Positions 39,101-47,504 are shown, counted from the stretch's first letter. The stretch: 64,000 nucleotides of DNA from a virus (IMGVR_UViG_3300044716_000122:1-64000), one strand, 5' to 3'. Numbers and translations are program-made. Notes: generated from the letters alone by a model not told the origin.

Positions 39101-42100
39101 AACCAACTCAGTCTTTTCTTCTTCAGTCAAAGAAGACTTTTCCTTAAATGCTTTAAGTCTTTCTACCTTGGGAGCATCAAAGATAAATTCATAGATACCC
39201 ATTACAGATTGTATACGAAGATCCAAATCTGTTACTTTGTTTGCACGAGTATCTTCAGAGTAAACAGTAACTATATTATCTATTAAAAGAGCTGCAGGAT
39301 CTTGAACAGTTTGATTCTCTTTATTAGTTGTGATTGTAGCTATGTGTAAGCCACGTTCTCCCTTAATAGTAAATTCTTTATCTTCTTTAGCTTTAGTTTC
39401 CTGAGCTGACTCGTAGTTGTCTGATTCGATTACACTATCCGTAATTAACTCAGGCGCTTCTTCTATTACCTCATCTGTTGTAGGTACGTTTACTATATCT
39501 TCTGGAGTAGCTGTTTGAGATACTTGAGTTTGAGAAACTAACTTAGCAATTACGCCTTGTACAAATTCTTTTCTTTTACCTGTAACAAAAGTAAGTCCGC
39601 TTACATCAACAATACCTTCAGATGCTTTTGCAAATGTATCTTCAATACTCTGAGCATCATCAGGATAAAGACCTAAGAGAGCACTTCTAACTTGATTTAA
39701 GTTTTCTAGATTGTCTAGATTTCTAAGAGCATTCTTAATTAATTCAGATACTTGTCCTTTAACTTCATCAATGTCTGCATCTGGATTAGATACTAGATCA
39801 TTGAGGTCAGATAAAAGCAAAGCGTACTCATCAAATACATCTTGATCTACATCTAGTACTTTTCCAGGAGTAGGTTTTTGAGTAGGTGTAGGTACTTCTT
39901 GGGGTTGAGGACTAAAGTTATTAACTATAGGAGCATTTAGTCTAGCTTCCATAGCAGCCTTATTCATTTCAAGGATTTTAGCTCTAGTATTATTAGCATC
40001 TAATCCTAAAACAGCTTTACCATAATCATTGTAAATGATTGTATTTAGTTGATTCTCTAAAGCAGTAAGTTCGTCAGGATTCTGTTCCTTAAGTATCTTA
40101 TGCAATTCTAATTGTTGAGCTAAGTCGAATCTTTGACTACTAGTTAAGTGATCATGAACACCTTCTTCTAATTCTCCCGACTCTAATTCTTCAGGAGATA
40201 ACTCAGCAATTGCAAGTAGTTTTTCTTGCAAAGCTTTAGTCTCTGGATTTTGTAAGTTACGAGTTGCTTCAAACTGAAACTCTCCTTCATTTAAAATCTG
40301 TCTTGTAGAAAGTTCGTCTAAGATATTTTGAATTAACTCAGGAGCATTAGGTCCAGGTTCTGTAGGTTGTATTAAAGGAGAGTTTTCTAAAGTATACTGT
40401 GCATCAATTGCATTCATCCTATCAACTGCAGGATAAAAAGTATGTGCTGCAAGTTGTAACTCTAACCTTGTAAGGTTTTGTGGATTAGTATCAAGTGTTT
40501 GACTAAATCTTCCAAGTCTTTCTTGAATGCTAGCATCTATCTTGTCTTGGAATTTTTTATACTCCTCACTTACAAAAGTATATCTGTCATCGTTAACAGG
40601 AACACTTAAAAGAGATTGTCTTGTTTGTTCTGCTATTCCTATAAGAGTAGATAGATTAGTATCTGCATTTGTTGCAGCATTTGCTTGTGTTTCAAACAAT
40701 TTACTAATGATAGATTTCTTTTCTGTTTCATCTAGTCCTACATACTTGTCTGCAAGTTTAACAGTACTTAAGATAGAGTTACTAGTATTGGCTAATAGAT
40801 CTTCATAACTCTTTACTTGTTCAGGAGATAATTCAGTAGTATCTACGTTTAATAAATCTTCTTGAAACAAACGATTATTAAAGTGTGCAAACTGAAGTTC
40901 TTTGTCATCTAGTAGATTGGTTAGACTTTTAACATTGTTAAGTTCAGTCATACTATCTAATCTTCTAGCAATGTTATCAATGGCCGCAGTCTTCTTTAAA
41001 CCTTCTTCTTTAGTTATCTGTTGATTAGATACTCTATTTGCAATTAGTTGTTTGTATTGTTCAGGATTGTTTGCAATGTTCCATCTAGCTTGACTTAAAC
41101 GTTCCTGCCTCATTGCATTCCTAGAACTCAAGTTAGTTGCGCCTGATATAAACAAAGACGGGATAAACCCTTCTATGAAAGTATCTAAGGTAGAACTTAA
41201 GTTAAACTTATTAGTCTCTTCTACTTCAAAGTTTTGTTGAGTAGAGTATTTATCTACAAGATAGTTACCAGCTAAAGCTGCAACTTCTTCAAATGCTTCT
41301 TGAGTAGCACCCGATACAAGTCTTCTAGTTGCAGTAGGAGCCATTAACAATGCTGCGTTAAACTTAGACAAAGAATTTTTTGGAACTAATCCTAATAGTA
41401 TATCTCTACGTCTAGTAAGATTACTTAATGCAGTAGGATCTAGCTTACCTAGTTTTGCAAACACATCATCTAAAGCACCATAAGCAATTCCTCCATCAAA
41501 TAATTTCACATCTGGAGTAATACTCTCTGTAAGTCCTTCTACAATTGCTCTGAGACCTGCTACTCTAAAAGCAGTACTTCCATCTTTAAAGTTTGAACGT
41601 TCTTCTGCATAGAATCTAGGAAAGGTAGTTGCCGTAACAGTACCCATAGTAGAAATTCTAGGAGCTACACTCTTTAAAAAAGTAGCTGTATTAGCTTCAG
41701 ATAAGCCTGCGGCACCTGCTACTCTAGCCCAACCGAAACCTGCAGTTCTTGCTCCCATACCTATTCCCTTAGAAAGAAAAACAGTATTAAGCACATCCAT
41801 AGAAATTGGAAGAATCTGTTCAGCAGGAGACCAAAAGTTCCAAGTCGTATTACCTTTTTTATCTGTCCAGCTTACTTGACTAAAAGTAACTTTGTTATCA
41901 TGAATATCACGAGTTATCTCAGAGTCATCAATCTTGTTATTCTTATTTAAATCTTTACCAACAAAAAATGTTGGAGGAGCAATATAATCAGCCTTAGATC
42001 TTAGTCTATAAGCTCCTGAAGGATCATCAAGTAATGAATGTATTCCCGATAACTGTTTAGCTACATTAGAACGGTAGTATCCTACGTTTCTACTAAGTGT

Positions 42101-43210
42101 TTCAGCCCAAGAACCTTGATCTCCTTCTGCAAGTCTTTCGTTTTTAAAAACTTCTTGTTTTTGTTTTGCTTTTTTACGACTATACTCTTCTGGATAAAAA
42201 CTTTTTAAATAAGTATCTTCTACAGTCAAGGGTTTTAGTTTTTCACTTAACTTCTTAACATAGGATAGTTCTTGATTTAAAGATGTTTTTTGTATTGCAA
42301 GTAGATTCTTTTGTTCTTGATTATAAGTATCTTTTATCTTATTATCAATATCAGAAATTTGTTTTTCATAGTCATAGATCTTATTATCCGCAGCATTCTT
42401 AATAGCATAGTTATACTGCATCTCCATACCAGCATTTAAGTCTTGATCTGTAGAAAAGTAAGAAGCTTTATAAGCAGCTAGATCCTCAGGATTATAAAGT
42501 CTAGACCCTACCCTATTAGATTCTAAATCAGCTAGTTGATTAATAATATCTTCATTTTTTGTTTGCTTAGACTTTAAAGCAAAGCTTAATCTTTTATTTG
42601 TAGCATCAAAAGTACTTAAGAACTTTTCTCGATCTTGTAATGTATTTTCTGAAAGGTAGGCATCAAAGTTTTTGCTAGCTCGTTTAGAACGATTAATTCC
42701 ATTGACTTGTTCAACCATATCAGAATATGATTTTCTTAATGATTCTTTATCGACAAAACTAAGAGTTGAATTAGCAATTTTATTATACTTATCTCTTAAC
42801 TCTCCCAAAGCTTTTTGACTTTCTTCAATTGTACCTTCAGTTAAGGTCTTTTTAAAGATAGAAGCGGCAGAGTTAATATTTTTCTTTGTTTCTGCATCCG
42901 CATCTACCATCTTAGCAGTAAGATCCCCAAAAGCCAAATCACCTGCTTGTTTCAAAAAGGACTGACCTTCAACAGATTGTTTTGCTTTATCTAGAGATAA
43001 GTCACTTGTTAAAATACTACTAACACCTGACTCAATCTGTTTATCTTGATCTATCTTATATTGAGTATAAGCACTAGGACCAGAAATTGCATTAATAGTA
43101 TTTATTTCCTGTTCGTTACGTAATAGATCAGAATGTATTTGTTCAGAAGTTTTACCTGTTTTTGCAAGGTGTATCTTATCAATCTCGTTTCTTAGAGGAT
43201 TAAAGGGCAT
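30161..43210 (-). CDS. giant virion-packaged DNA-dependent RNA polymerase (crAss/phi14:2 gp66-like) fused to zincin and AlkB domains
   Basis: 4349 aa; catalytic region RIPGQG...KSGSDYDIDKLF (about 33400-33545); YHEAWHEF...EEKLAEDF (about 37430-37560); C-terminal AlkB motifs. Confidence 0.9.
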   Translation of the reverse strand: MPFNPLRNEIDKIHLAKTGKTSEQIHSDLLRNEQEINTINAISGPSAYTQYKIDQDKQIESGVSSILTSDLSLDKAKQSVEGQSFLKQAGDLAFGDLTAKMVDADAETKKNINSAASIFKKTLTEGTIEESQKALGELRDKYNKIANSTLSFVDKESLRKSYSDMVEQVNGINRSKRASKNFDAYLSENTLQDREKFLSTFDATNKRLSFALKSKQTKNEDIINQLADLESNRVGSRLYNPEDLAAYKASYFSTDQDLNAGMEMQYNYAIKNAADNKIYDYEKQISDIDNKIKDTYNQEQKNLLAIQKTSLNQELSYVKKLSEKLKPLTVEDTYLKSFYPEEYSRKKAKQKQEVFKNERLAEGDQGSWAETLSRNVGYYRSNVAKQLSGIHSLLDDPSGAYRLRSKADYIAPPTFFVGKDLNKNNKIDDSEITRDIHDNKVTFSQVSWTDKKGNTTWNFWSPAEQILPISMDVLNTVFLSKGIGMGARTAGFGWARVAGAAGLSEANTATFLKSVAPRISTMGTVTATTFPRFYAEERSNFKDGSTAFRVAGLRAIVEGLTESITPDVKLFDGGIAYGALDDVFAKLGKLDPTALSNLTRRRDILLGLVPKNSLSKFNAALLMAPTATRRLVSGATQEAFEEVAALAGNYLVDKYSTQQNFEVEETNKFNLSSTLDTFIEGFIPSLFISGATNLSSRNAMRQERLSQARWNIANNPEQYKQLIANRVSNQQITKEEGLKKTAAIDNIARRLDSMTELNNVKSLTNLLDDKELQFAHFNNRLFQEDLLNVDTTELSPEQVKSYEDLLANTSNSILSTVKLADKYVGLDETEKKSIISKLFETQANAATNADTNLSTLIGIAEQTRQSLLSVPVNDDRYTFVSEEYKKFQDKIDASIQERLGRFSQTLDTNPQNLTRLELQLAAHTFYPAVDRMNAIDAQYTLENSPLIQPTEPGPNAPELIQNILDELSTRQILNEGEFQFEATRNLQNPETKALQEKLLAIAELSPEELESGELEEGVHDHLTSSQRFDLAQQLELHKILKEQNPDELTALENQLNTIIYNDYGKAVLGLDANNTRAKILEMNKAAMEARLNAPIVNNFSPQPQEVPTPTQKPTPGKVLDVDQDVFDEYALLLSDLNDLVSNPDADIDEVKGQVSELIKNALRNLDNLENLNQVRSALLGLYPDDAQSIEDTFAKASEGIVDVSGLTFVTGKRKEFVQGVIAKLVSQTQVSQTATPEDIVNVPTTDEVIEEAPELITDSVIESDNYESAQETKAKEDKEFTIKGERGLHIATITTNKENQTVQDPAALLIDNIVTVYSEDTRANKVTDLDLRIQSVMGIYEFIFDAPKVERLKAFKEKSSLTEEEKTELVSLLTVNGVPIHNQPFMEYVKENPSKIGSGISSVFVNSDGELVRFTKLGKPSKAKTSLISVPVLPNKNVSPEMASVRKQATEGKIIVSSINGVVSGYGWGAQDARPLAKAVGENIYVHTDPISRTLTGAQKNYVLNPGSVHIVKEGARNPYTGVSIPTNGNTVQTLINAFNNGTLPQTLSESIRTDAAIFLDYMSQQVNSTFVKTKEGGAKSGMRFFKKANLYLTATSGNKIVVEYPVEGKDKKKYIKPSKNQQEDLLKLGESSYKLVSARLVEQNAPYTALVVKESGEVVTKNYNTYSDFVKSPEFGATFIREENRTLSFSPDYRVIEPNVSDVVDATNDNLPVQPAATQPIDAKAGIEKRRQEELSREENVELLYPLILEEFPTREQKERLAKNEQDQKTRQEKRDEINFRYDLEIAALEQPVAPTTSKIDRLRSTLNNLNTGEGPVKFNRNKTLRNNITKKQNEAAKNWVANHPIFKNTPFIFDNTISHPEAYAVWSKAGIFLFEGANYAEAYHEAWHEFSQLYLTPEQKAALYAEARSIYGDLSFVELEEKLAEDFRAYALSEGKVLPVSIAEAKESKSIFKQIWDFISNLLSDKKTVDHYFSRLYRGNLTQFKRKEANQYFIQLFSGKYVYEDEAGNITSLSYKDSKAFLDDLDSIYVYLANNMFANQNATLINVLSSPVAANKTYSYLAKSLLDDHDSLVEQYNKNNDESLLPTIENLRKILEDFNNVTQFHKTNSTLFSDNIRKQLVSEQIVSIEQANVEFATFEASVNEMSQKQIASQTLINALKTLPRYENGEIVLHPVYSVPRLSDFNINWNILQRRLSGSNSYEDLYSRLQELKEEYPQFQQFISYLPSPTESIDKRSSLNFKNEFYKIFSMPYIEGYTTEITRDEEGNIKETKIFQAQSLDAINLRSKFDTDFSLNPSAYSKRNNTTGTFYLDTDKYFATFPGVPTAPKDEEDFAEYNLSLLEMLKPLGFNLSPNAEELFVKENADVQERLVKLIYNKLKSLSQTQAYIMEPLSDLSSDHVNEEDVKVAGESGNVSSVIQYEVEANPQYVNDMRYNAVNKQIWSINQHTFMSKTLNVLNDGNLYPTLDEVYAELPHLNPQNNPNAKSSFVLSYLFNEGGKRRKDKYQGIEVPRKVELGNLLGIKDIEGEKTIDSNESQKHYSDIIGLTKAGIEEINRLSGKSTTRGLVFDRKLRDYLGLLPANNQADPFILSGADQVPYDLFIKRIVPLIEAEVQVTAKGSNKFKIDAYDTDGSPKLTYFHKIFTPEQRTALFSAFKSPASNMSLDKIFESINGNKDIYTRFGQYINSQANKSKIILGETYNLPDSELMKYHFFSAIGRIEQHKLFFGHPYYYKNVKDIEKRLSAWNAFGSYAIIDPQNLEYLESGQSGLSVNSGRDALHTYAQQNNIKVNPNRANIDQISYIVLKDEAVKSTTASKSKSYGENKDAYTNDKSSAKQDAAAFCTIDFFRKFYSISTGVTPEMMEEFKRQDDIYKKYLELQTAPDYAEDTVREELEALLNKKSTYKFTIKKLQYSGHNKIESGESVPVFHKYSMKPILPSEMVDNPELASILQKLHTSSADYAVFSSGTKISETIAPVSLFDGKGKVKSQAVPTGVVDLKYLKEQVLIENKEDFNSIFSTQFRKLVYKDATTESELAGYQEYKSIIENLTNFDKLNFLEQLQDKEKLVEFLIKEISKKNAAESTKDLLQLKTDNTLMYTLDSMIDRTIMESAIVASVKNQIIRQKIPGAQRVQYPVSLIRPSRKLKYYDIVDGKISKAEAIISFSKGYYPLLNLLSPIDNQPIGELDANGIPVNPYTALTRLNEALKDAQFRNTYASQLSMVAIRIPGQGYNTMENFEIVEFLPEESGEIILVPDEMVIKSGSDYDIDKLFCYDPSINNDGSMLIDRVSTPEDLIVRKKELLADLKETRELKRQYTEEKKELLDELGNILTTNGFDASSRLGNLYQELKSLKGVSEGELMDAGVTEGDLETLRKKFSGELVPEKQQKSAETIDKIRRIKNVLRTTSEKELSNSLADLNEWVGDLVKEEKSLLQDLKNLRNGYANALLLNISNRLSQPEIFEALITPNTIETIDKAVKEFGTKSDSTTASLTNLISPIYQLYVFSLNTYKTALGTDAKNNVFHSLLQKTTFYREDEKSVRRYLLESNRTTDGYIDFSRVNNVDGTRISKMSGETISAHVDIEKNDGIASIGLNNLITPVVNYVLMAGTRFNDIVNLINKPSVIDGKKFRSSILDYSKGKSLEDILETILERVPENSLEATLINNSRNKYGAISRNKFISNVYSQMYAKTTQETAREELFNKEEPLFDVRRLAVFLELEDQTRDLATISLAVDYDTFSPQNFESFRSASLELIPYLKEGGEKSTIFNRQGLLDVIGNTVVSPFQVQQGVLDKFVEVFPISANPKITNRILRQFAVAKETNRKLDYDRYSRVFKNDLLYALFLNNVPQAGMFEQFLDKKNPGNIGSLYTNLKSRLIQRGITAENDIFGLVSINSDINSTFVRTGLKQTELEFSVDIYKEEFEKGFNWSHPSLDPTNLSDAQLIADMQGFFKAFAYAGILGTQLNKKFDSYLPLIPESIYTFPMSSVITNFISSYEAQLEEGTSEFMDSFTARFKENHPELYGSKNIPVTLNYYKDYNLSRKNIIDLTTISQSELTLKDSESAQASTNLTPKGTEVKEGIYVNQSALSQEEQLELFNYLKPFLEEQAAKTNKGKSASKMIGLGLRWDYKSNNTGKKSVSIPDVINPLNKTKYGYYTTSINNQPLAPITSRFRELMQKASGVDMTNYDGAIINLYEENTFISSHNDVDESRSAINYPVIGVNLGGTGNFSIESRDGSPKQLDLKSGTAYVFGVNGVNREVFHRTLPKPQDSFLPELTTRVDGKTYEPGSYRVTITMRRVMPLVEGMTTNPLGIVTQTSNAPKQLTINFEEENQLFLDESFAKLREINNNLSKNC
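30325..31005 (-). other. AlkB-family 2OG-Fe(II) dioxygenase domain within the RNAP ORF
   Basis: DGAIINLY, SHNDVDE (HxD), PVIGVNLG, EVFH (distal His), YRVTITMRR (RxxxxxR). Confidence 0.85.
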
Positions 43211-43252
43211 AGTTAAGTAAGTTTAATATTTAATATTTATTGATAGATAAAT

Positions 43253-44854
43253 TTATTCTTCGTCCTCTACAACATCCGTTAGAGGATTAACCTGTTGAGC
43301 AGCAGTAAGGAAAGGATTGGCTTTACGTCTACCTGAATAAGTTTCTACTGTATTGCTTCTAGCCATACTTTTTATAATATCTAAGTCAGAAACATATAAG
43401 TCTTTAATGTTTTCTCCAGTAACTAGCATAGTCTGACCCTCCTTTAACTCCACAACATAAGAATCAGTATCTTTAACATTTTTTAAATAAGTTAAGAAAG
43501 ATTCTACAATAGCCTTCTGTGGGCCCGAAGGAGTAACATTAAGTACTTTAGATGGGTCACTAAGTATCTCAGAGACACGTAGTTTATCTATATCAAGGTT
43601 AGTAGTATTCATATCAAACATCATTGGAACATTATAAAAGTCCTGCTGGTCAACTTTTGCCATACTCATAAGTTCTTTTTTCTGCTTAAGAAGATTTTCT
43701 GGTTTTTGTCTTTCAAGTTTTTGTTTATACTCCTCTTTAATTAAATCGTTTTGAAAAGCCCTAGTTTGTCTAGCATCTGCTCTAGCTTCTTTCCAATATT
43801 CATTACTAATAAGATCTCTGCTTACTTTTTTAGTAGCATACATGTTACCCATGTTTGTAGCAAACATATCTTCATAGATTTCCATATATTCTCCTAAGTC
43901 AAAATCCTCTAAAGTAGTAGCAGCCTTCTGTTCAGCTAGTAACCTAGACTGCTCATAGTAAACTGCTCTTTGTTTGGTCTGTTCTAGTTGTGCTTTAACT
44001 GTAGCTGAACCTGTAGTATTGTAAACTTGTTGGAGTCGATCTGTCTCTGCCCTAAACAATTCAGCATTTTTAGCAGCTGTAGTAGCTTTAGCTTGCATAT
44101 CTTCTACGTAACCTTGGTGAGCACTTTCTGTTCCGACTTGCTCTAGACTATAGCCAGCATCCATTTGAAACTGACGTACTTTATTAGGATCACTAGCAAT
44201 AAATGATTTAAATTTATTAGCTAAATCTGTAGTGTTATATCCTTCTTCTGTTACCTTTTCTATATAAGCAGGTCCAAATCCAGAATTCATATTAAAAGAT
44301 TCTTCTTGATCAGGTTTTTGAGTTTTCATAAACTCCATCCAATCTTTAGAAAGATCTACATAAGGAGTATACTCTTTACCATAGCCAATCTTTTGACCTA
44401 ATTTACCACTCTTCATGTAGTCTTGAACATCCTTCATATAAAAATAATCATTAACTACACTACGTTCTCCTGGCTTCATCTTAGTTAACTGATCTTGTCT
44501 ACGAGCTACTTCTTTTCCATTAGAGATAGCAGTAGTTATATACTGATCTCTCTCTAAAGGTTTACCTACGTTTAGTACTGCTTGTACATTTGCTTTGTTA
44601 GAGAAGTCTAATCCTGCACTATTACTAATAGACTTAACCAAGTTACCCATAGACTTATCAAAATATTCTTTCTCTACATCTGTAAGGATAGAACTTCTAA
44701 GACTATTGTAAGTATCGAGATTCTGTTGTATTTTAAATACACCCTCATCATACATCTCTTGTTTCTTTTGAGCAAACTTAAGTAAGTCGTCTGCTGGTAA
44801 AGGCGAGATATAATCTGGATATACAAATTTAGTATGTTGTGCTGAAATTGGCAT
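43253..44854 (-). CDS. internal virion (cargo) protein
   Basis: 533 aa, helical; Y.SPLP.D...KQEMYD N-terminus; lies between the cargo gene and the RNAP, as in crAss-like phages. Confidence 0.65.
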   Translation of the reverse strand: MPISAQHTKFVYPDYISPLPADDLLKFAQKKQEMYDEGVFKIQQNLDTYNSLRSSILTDVEKEYFDKSMGNLVKSISNSAGLDFSNKANVQAVLNVGKPLERDQYITTAISNGKEVARRQDQLTKMKPGERSVVNDYFYMKDVQDYMKSGKLGQKIGYGKEYTPYVDLSKDWMEFMKTQKPDQEESFNMNSGFGPAYIEKVTEEGYNTTDLANKFKSFIASDPNKVRQFQMDAGYSLEQVGTESAHQGYVEDMQAKATTAAKNAELFRAETDRLQQVYNTTGSATVKAQLEQTKQRAVYYEQSRLLAEQKAATTLEDFDLGEYMEIYEDMFATNMGNMYATKKVSRDLISNEYWKEARADARQTRAFQNDLIKEEYKQKLERQKPENLLKQKKELMSMAKVDQQDFYNVPMMFDMNTTNLDIDKLRVSEILSDPSKVLNVTPSGPQKAIVESFLTYLKNVKDTDSYVVELKEGQTMLVTGENIKDLYVSDLDIIKSMARSNTVETYSGRRKANPFLTAAQQVNPLTDVVEDEE

Positions 44855-44857
44855 GGT

Positions 44858-47224
44858 TTAATATTTAGATTTTTTATACATTCCTTTTTTAGCCTTAGCA
44901 GCTACTGGAGGAGTTACTGCGGGTGTTACCGCAGGCTTTGCAGGAGTTACTGCTGCATTCTTGGCTTCTTGTTCTTTTATGTAGTTATACATATCAAACA
45001 TATATTTTGCATCTTGGGGCATTGATGGATTTCCAGTAGAATTCCAGTTAAAGGTAGGGGATAAAATTGGAATACCCAAAGCTTTTAAACTTTCATCTTG
45101 TTCAAATTTAGCTTTATTAGTTACAAGACTTGCAACAGCTGCTTGTTTTTCTGCAGATTGTGCATCCCTAGCTTGAGCTATTTGATTATTATATACACGA
45201 TCAAATGCTCCTGCATTAAATTGATCTGCTTGAAAACTCATTTGTGCATTAGCCATATCTGCCCTTGTTCTTCCCTCTGCATCATAATTCTGTTTGGTTT
45301 GGAAAGCCTTTTGTTTAGCATCTAATCCTGCAATGTAAGCCATGTTAGGATCTGCTCCTGCTCTCATTGCAGCTGTTCCCATGTTGTCTATATCTTGAAG
45401 TTCGCTTTGAATATTTAAAGTCTGGGGACGAAGATAAGGAGCATCTATCTCAGGAATAGCATAAGAATAAATTTCTTGTGCTTGAGCAAGTCCCATAGCT
45501 TGGGGAATTGCTTGATACAAAGGAAACTGCCCAGGAGTATATTTACCTGTCTTTCCAGGAGTTACATCATTTATTTTTGTTCCATCAGGAGGAGTACCAC
45601 TACTACCTTCTGGAGGAGTTACTGGCTTTTCTGGGGGAATAGGTTTTGCATCTAAGTGTTCAAATCCAAAAGCTTTATCATTTCCTTTCTTAGGTCTAAA
45701 TTGTCCTTCAGGTAAATACTTTTGAAACTTAGGATAAAATACACTCTCCCTAAAGTAATCATCATTGTAGAGTTTGCTAGCGTCATTAATATCATAACTA
45801 CTAGGATCTACTCCTAAAATTTCAAATGCTTTCTTACGAGTATCTAATTCGTTTAATTTTCCTGCTTCTTCTTTTCCTAAACGTTCTCTAACTATTTTTT
45901 GCTCAAAGTCTTGAGGAGAAAGTCCTGCATTAAATCCTTTAACCTGAGGTGCTCCTGCAATTCTTGAATTAGAACTTTGTACTAGGTTTGTAATACCATA
46001 AGCCTCTGCCGCTTTTGCTATGTTACTCTTAGCATCAAAGTCTAAGTTAGAAGGAATCTCTAATCTATATACTCCTAGACTTTTATCTGTTTTTTGGAAA
46101 CCTGGATCCCATTTAGCATATTGCCTAAGTTCTGGCGGTAAAGTTGTAATATCTGGTTGAGGATTTTTCTTACCCCCACCATCCATTTGTAGAGTCTGTG
46201 CTTCTTGGACATTTCCTCCGTATTGCATTTCTGCAAGTATTTTATCTTGCACACTTTGAGGAAGTGCTCTGAAGCCTGCATTGTTTATGCCTGCTCCATT
46301 CTTTGCTTCTAACTCTCCATTAGAATTACCATTAAGAGCTTGTTGATCATTAAACAAACTATCAAGTATTTTCTGGTTACGTTGCATCATAATACCCGCA
46401 GTATCTTTATCTACCTGTTTAGCAAAAGGATTATCAAGAGTCTTCTTATATGATGTAAGGTCATAGTTCTTAGCCATTTGAGCAAAGGTTTTCTTAGAAC
46501 CTTCTGGCTTTAGACTGTTAGAATATACACGAGTTTGATCAGGAAGGTTTGTAGGTATACCTCCATTAGAATGAGAAGGGCCTATTGCCATTTCTGTTTC
46601 AAAGTTTGGAAGTTGGATAAATTCTCCACCTTCGATCTCTACGTTATTGTTTCCTCCAGAAGAATAACGTTTGTTTATTTTTGCACCCATTTCTGCTTTA
46701 ATTGTAGGTTGATATTCTGTACCCCCACTTGTTGTACGACCATACATATAGTTGTAATCGTAAAGAGGTTTTGATTTTCTTTGTTGTATTGACTCGTTAA
46801 GTTTACGTTGATTTTCTAAATCTTGATTGTATCCAAGAGCAGAATCTATTCCTAGTAGTCCTAAACCTACAAGTGCATCTTCCTGTCCTTTAAACTGATC
46901 AAAAAAGTTTTTATCTAAAGAACCTGAATCTACAGTCTTAGTTAACTCATCTGACTTAGAAAACCTTTGATCTTCTGTAGGTACTTGCTCTTTCCCTAAT
47001 GTAACAAAAGAAGATGAGTTTAAATTAGGTATTTTGATTTCTGGATTAACCTTCTTCTGCCAATCATATTTCTCTAGCTCACTAGGAATAAACCCAGGAA
47101 TATTAAGAAGTTCTCCTGCATTATCTGGATTATCTGTAAGTTGTGGATTAGACAAGTTAGTGGCTTTAGGATTAAGATCCTCTCCTCCATTACCAAATCT
47201 TTTAAATAAGCGATTTCTTAACAT
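44858..47224 (-). CDS. internal virion (cargo) protein
   Basis: 788 aa; NVEIEGGE...GPSHSNGGI...RVYSN motif; several xxxG[GAM] motifs; Ala/Gln-rich C-terminal helices. Confidence 0.7.
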   Translation of the reverse strand: MLRNRLFKRFGNGGEDLNPKATNLSNPQLTDNPDNAGELLNIPGFIPSELEKYDWQKKVNPEIKIPNLNSSSFVTLGKEQVPTEDQRFSKSDELTKTVDSGSLDKNFFDQFKGQEDALVGLGLLGIDSALGYNQDLENQRKLNESIQQRKSKPLYDYNYMYGRTTSGGTEYQPTIKAEMGAKINKRYSSGGNNNVEIEGGEFIQLPNFETEMAIGPSHSNGGIPTNLPDQTRVYSNSLKPEGSKKTFAQMAKNYDLTSYKKTLDNPFAKQVDKDTAGIMMQRNQKILDSLFNDQQALNGNSNGELEAKNGAGINNAGFRALPQSVQDKILAEMQYGGNVQEAQTLQMDGGGKKNPQPDITTLPPELRQYAKWDPGFQKTDKSLGVYRLEIPSNLDFDAKSNIAKAAEAYGITNLVQSSNSRIAGAPQVKGFNAGLSPQDFEQKIVRERLGKEEAGKLNELDTRKKAFEILGVDPSSYDINDASKLYNDDYFRESVFYPKFQKYLPEGQFRPKKGNDKAFGFEHLDAKPIPPEKPVTPPEGSSGTPPDGTKINDVTPGKTGKYTPGQFPLYQAIPQAMGLAQAQEIYSYAIPEIDAPYLRPQTLNIQSELQDIDNMGTAAMRAGADPNMAYIAGLDAKQKAFQTKQNYDAEGRTRADMANAQMSFQADQFNAGAFDRVYNNQIAQARDAQSAEKQAAVASLVTNKAKFEQDESLKALGIPILSPTFNWNSTGNPSMPQDAKYMFDMYNYIKEQEAKNAAVTPAKPAVTPAVTPPVAAKAKKGMYKKSKY

Positions 47225-47287
47225 GTTTTAATTATTTATGTTATTAACATAGAAGGTTAATAACTGCTTGAGTTTAAGCTAGTTATA

Positions 47288-47317
47288 CAAATATACAAGA
47301 TTAAGATAAAAAAGCAA
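47288..47317 (-). promoter_or_regulatory. Bacteroidota-type promoter for the cargo/RNAP operon
   Basis: Minus strand AACCCTTG-N19-TATATTTGTA. Confidence 0.7.
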
Positions 47318-47336
47318 GGGTTGATTTCTCAACCCT
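47308..47336 (-). terminator. rho-independent terminator
   Basis: Minus strand AGGGTTGA-GAAA-TCAACCCT-TGCTTTTTT; overlaps the stop of the 50-aa ORF and the -33 element of the next promoter. Confidence 0.75.
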
Positions 47337-47481
47337 GTCCTCTACTTTTCTTGAGATAATTTTTGCTAGACTTTGACTTAGATGCCTTAGTCTTTGCTAC
47401 AACTCCTTTTCTTCTTACCTTAGGTTTAACCTTGAACTTTGAAGATGAAGATGTATTTGATTTAGATGCTTTAGCGGCCAT
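47329..47481 (-). CDS. very basic 50-aa protamine-like peptide (not in ORF track)
   Basis: MAAKASKSNTSSSSKFKVKPKVRRKGVVAKTKASKSKSSKNYLKKSRGQG*; A-rich leader; no acidic residues; followed by a terminator. Confidence 0.75.
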   Translation of the reverse strand: MAAKASKSNTSSSSKFKVKPKVRRKGVVAKTKASKSKSSKNYLKKSRGQG

Positions 47482-47504
47482 GTATTTAGGTTTAGTTTTT
47501 TAGT

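Noticed and set aside
44895-44960. Repeated GTTAC-containing units
   Set aside because: They encode the AVTP Pro/Ala linker at the cargo protein C-terminus
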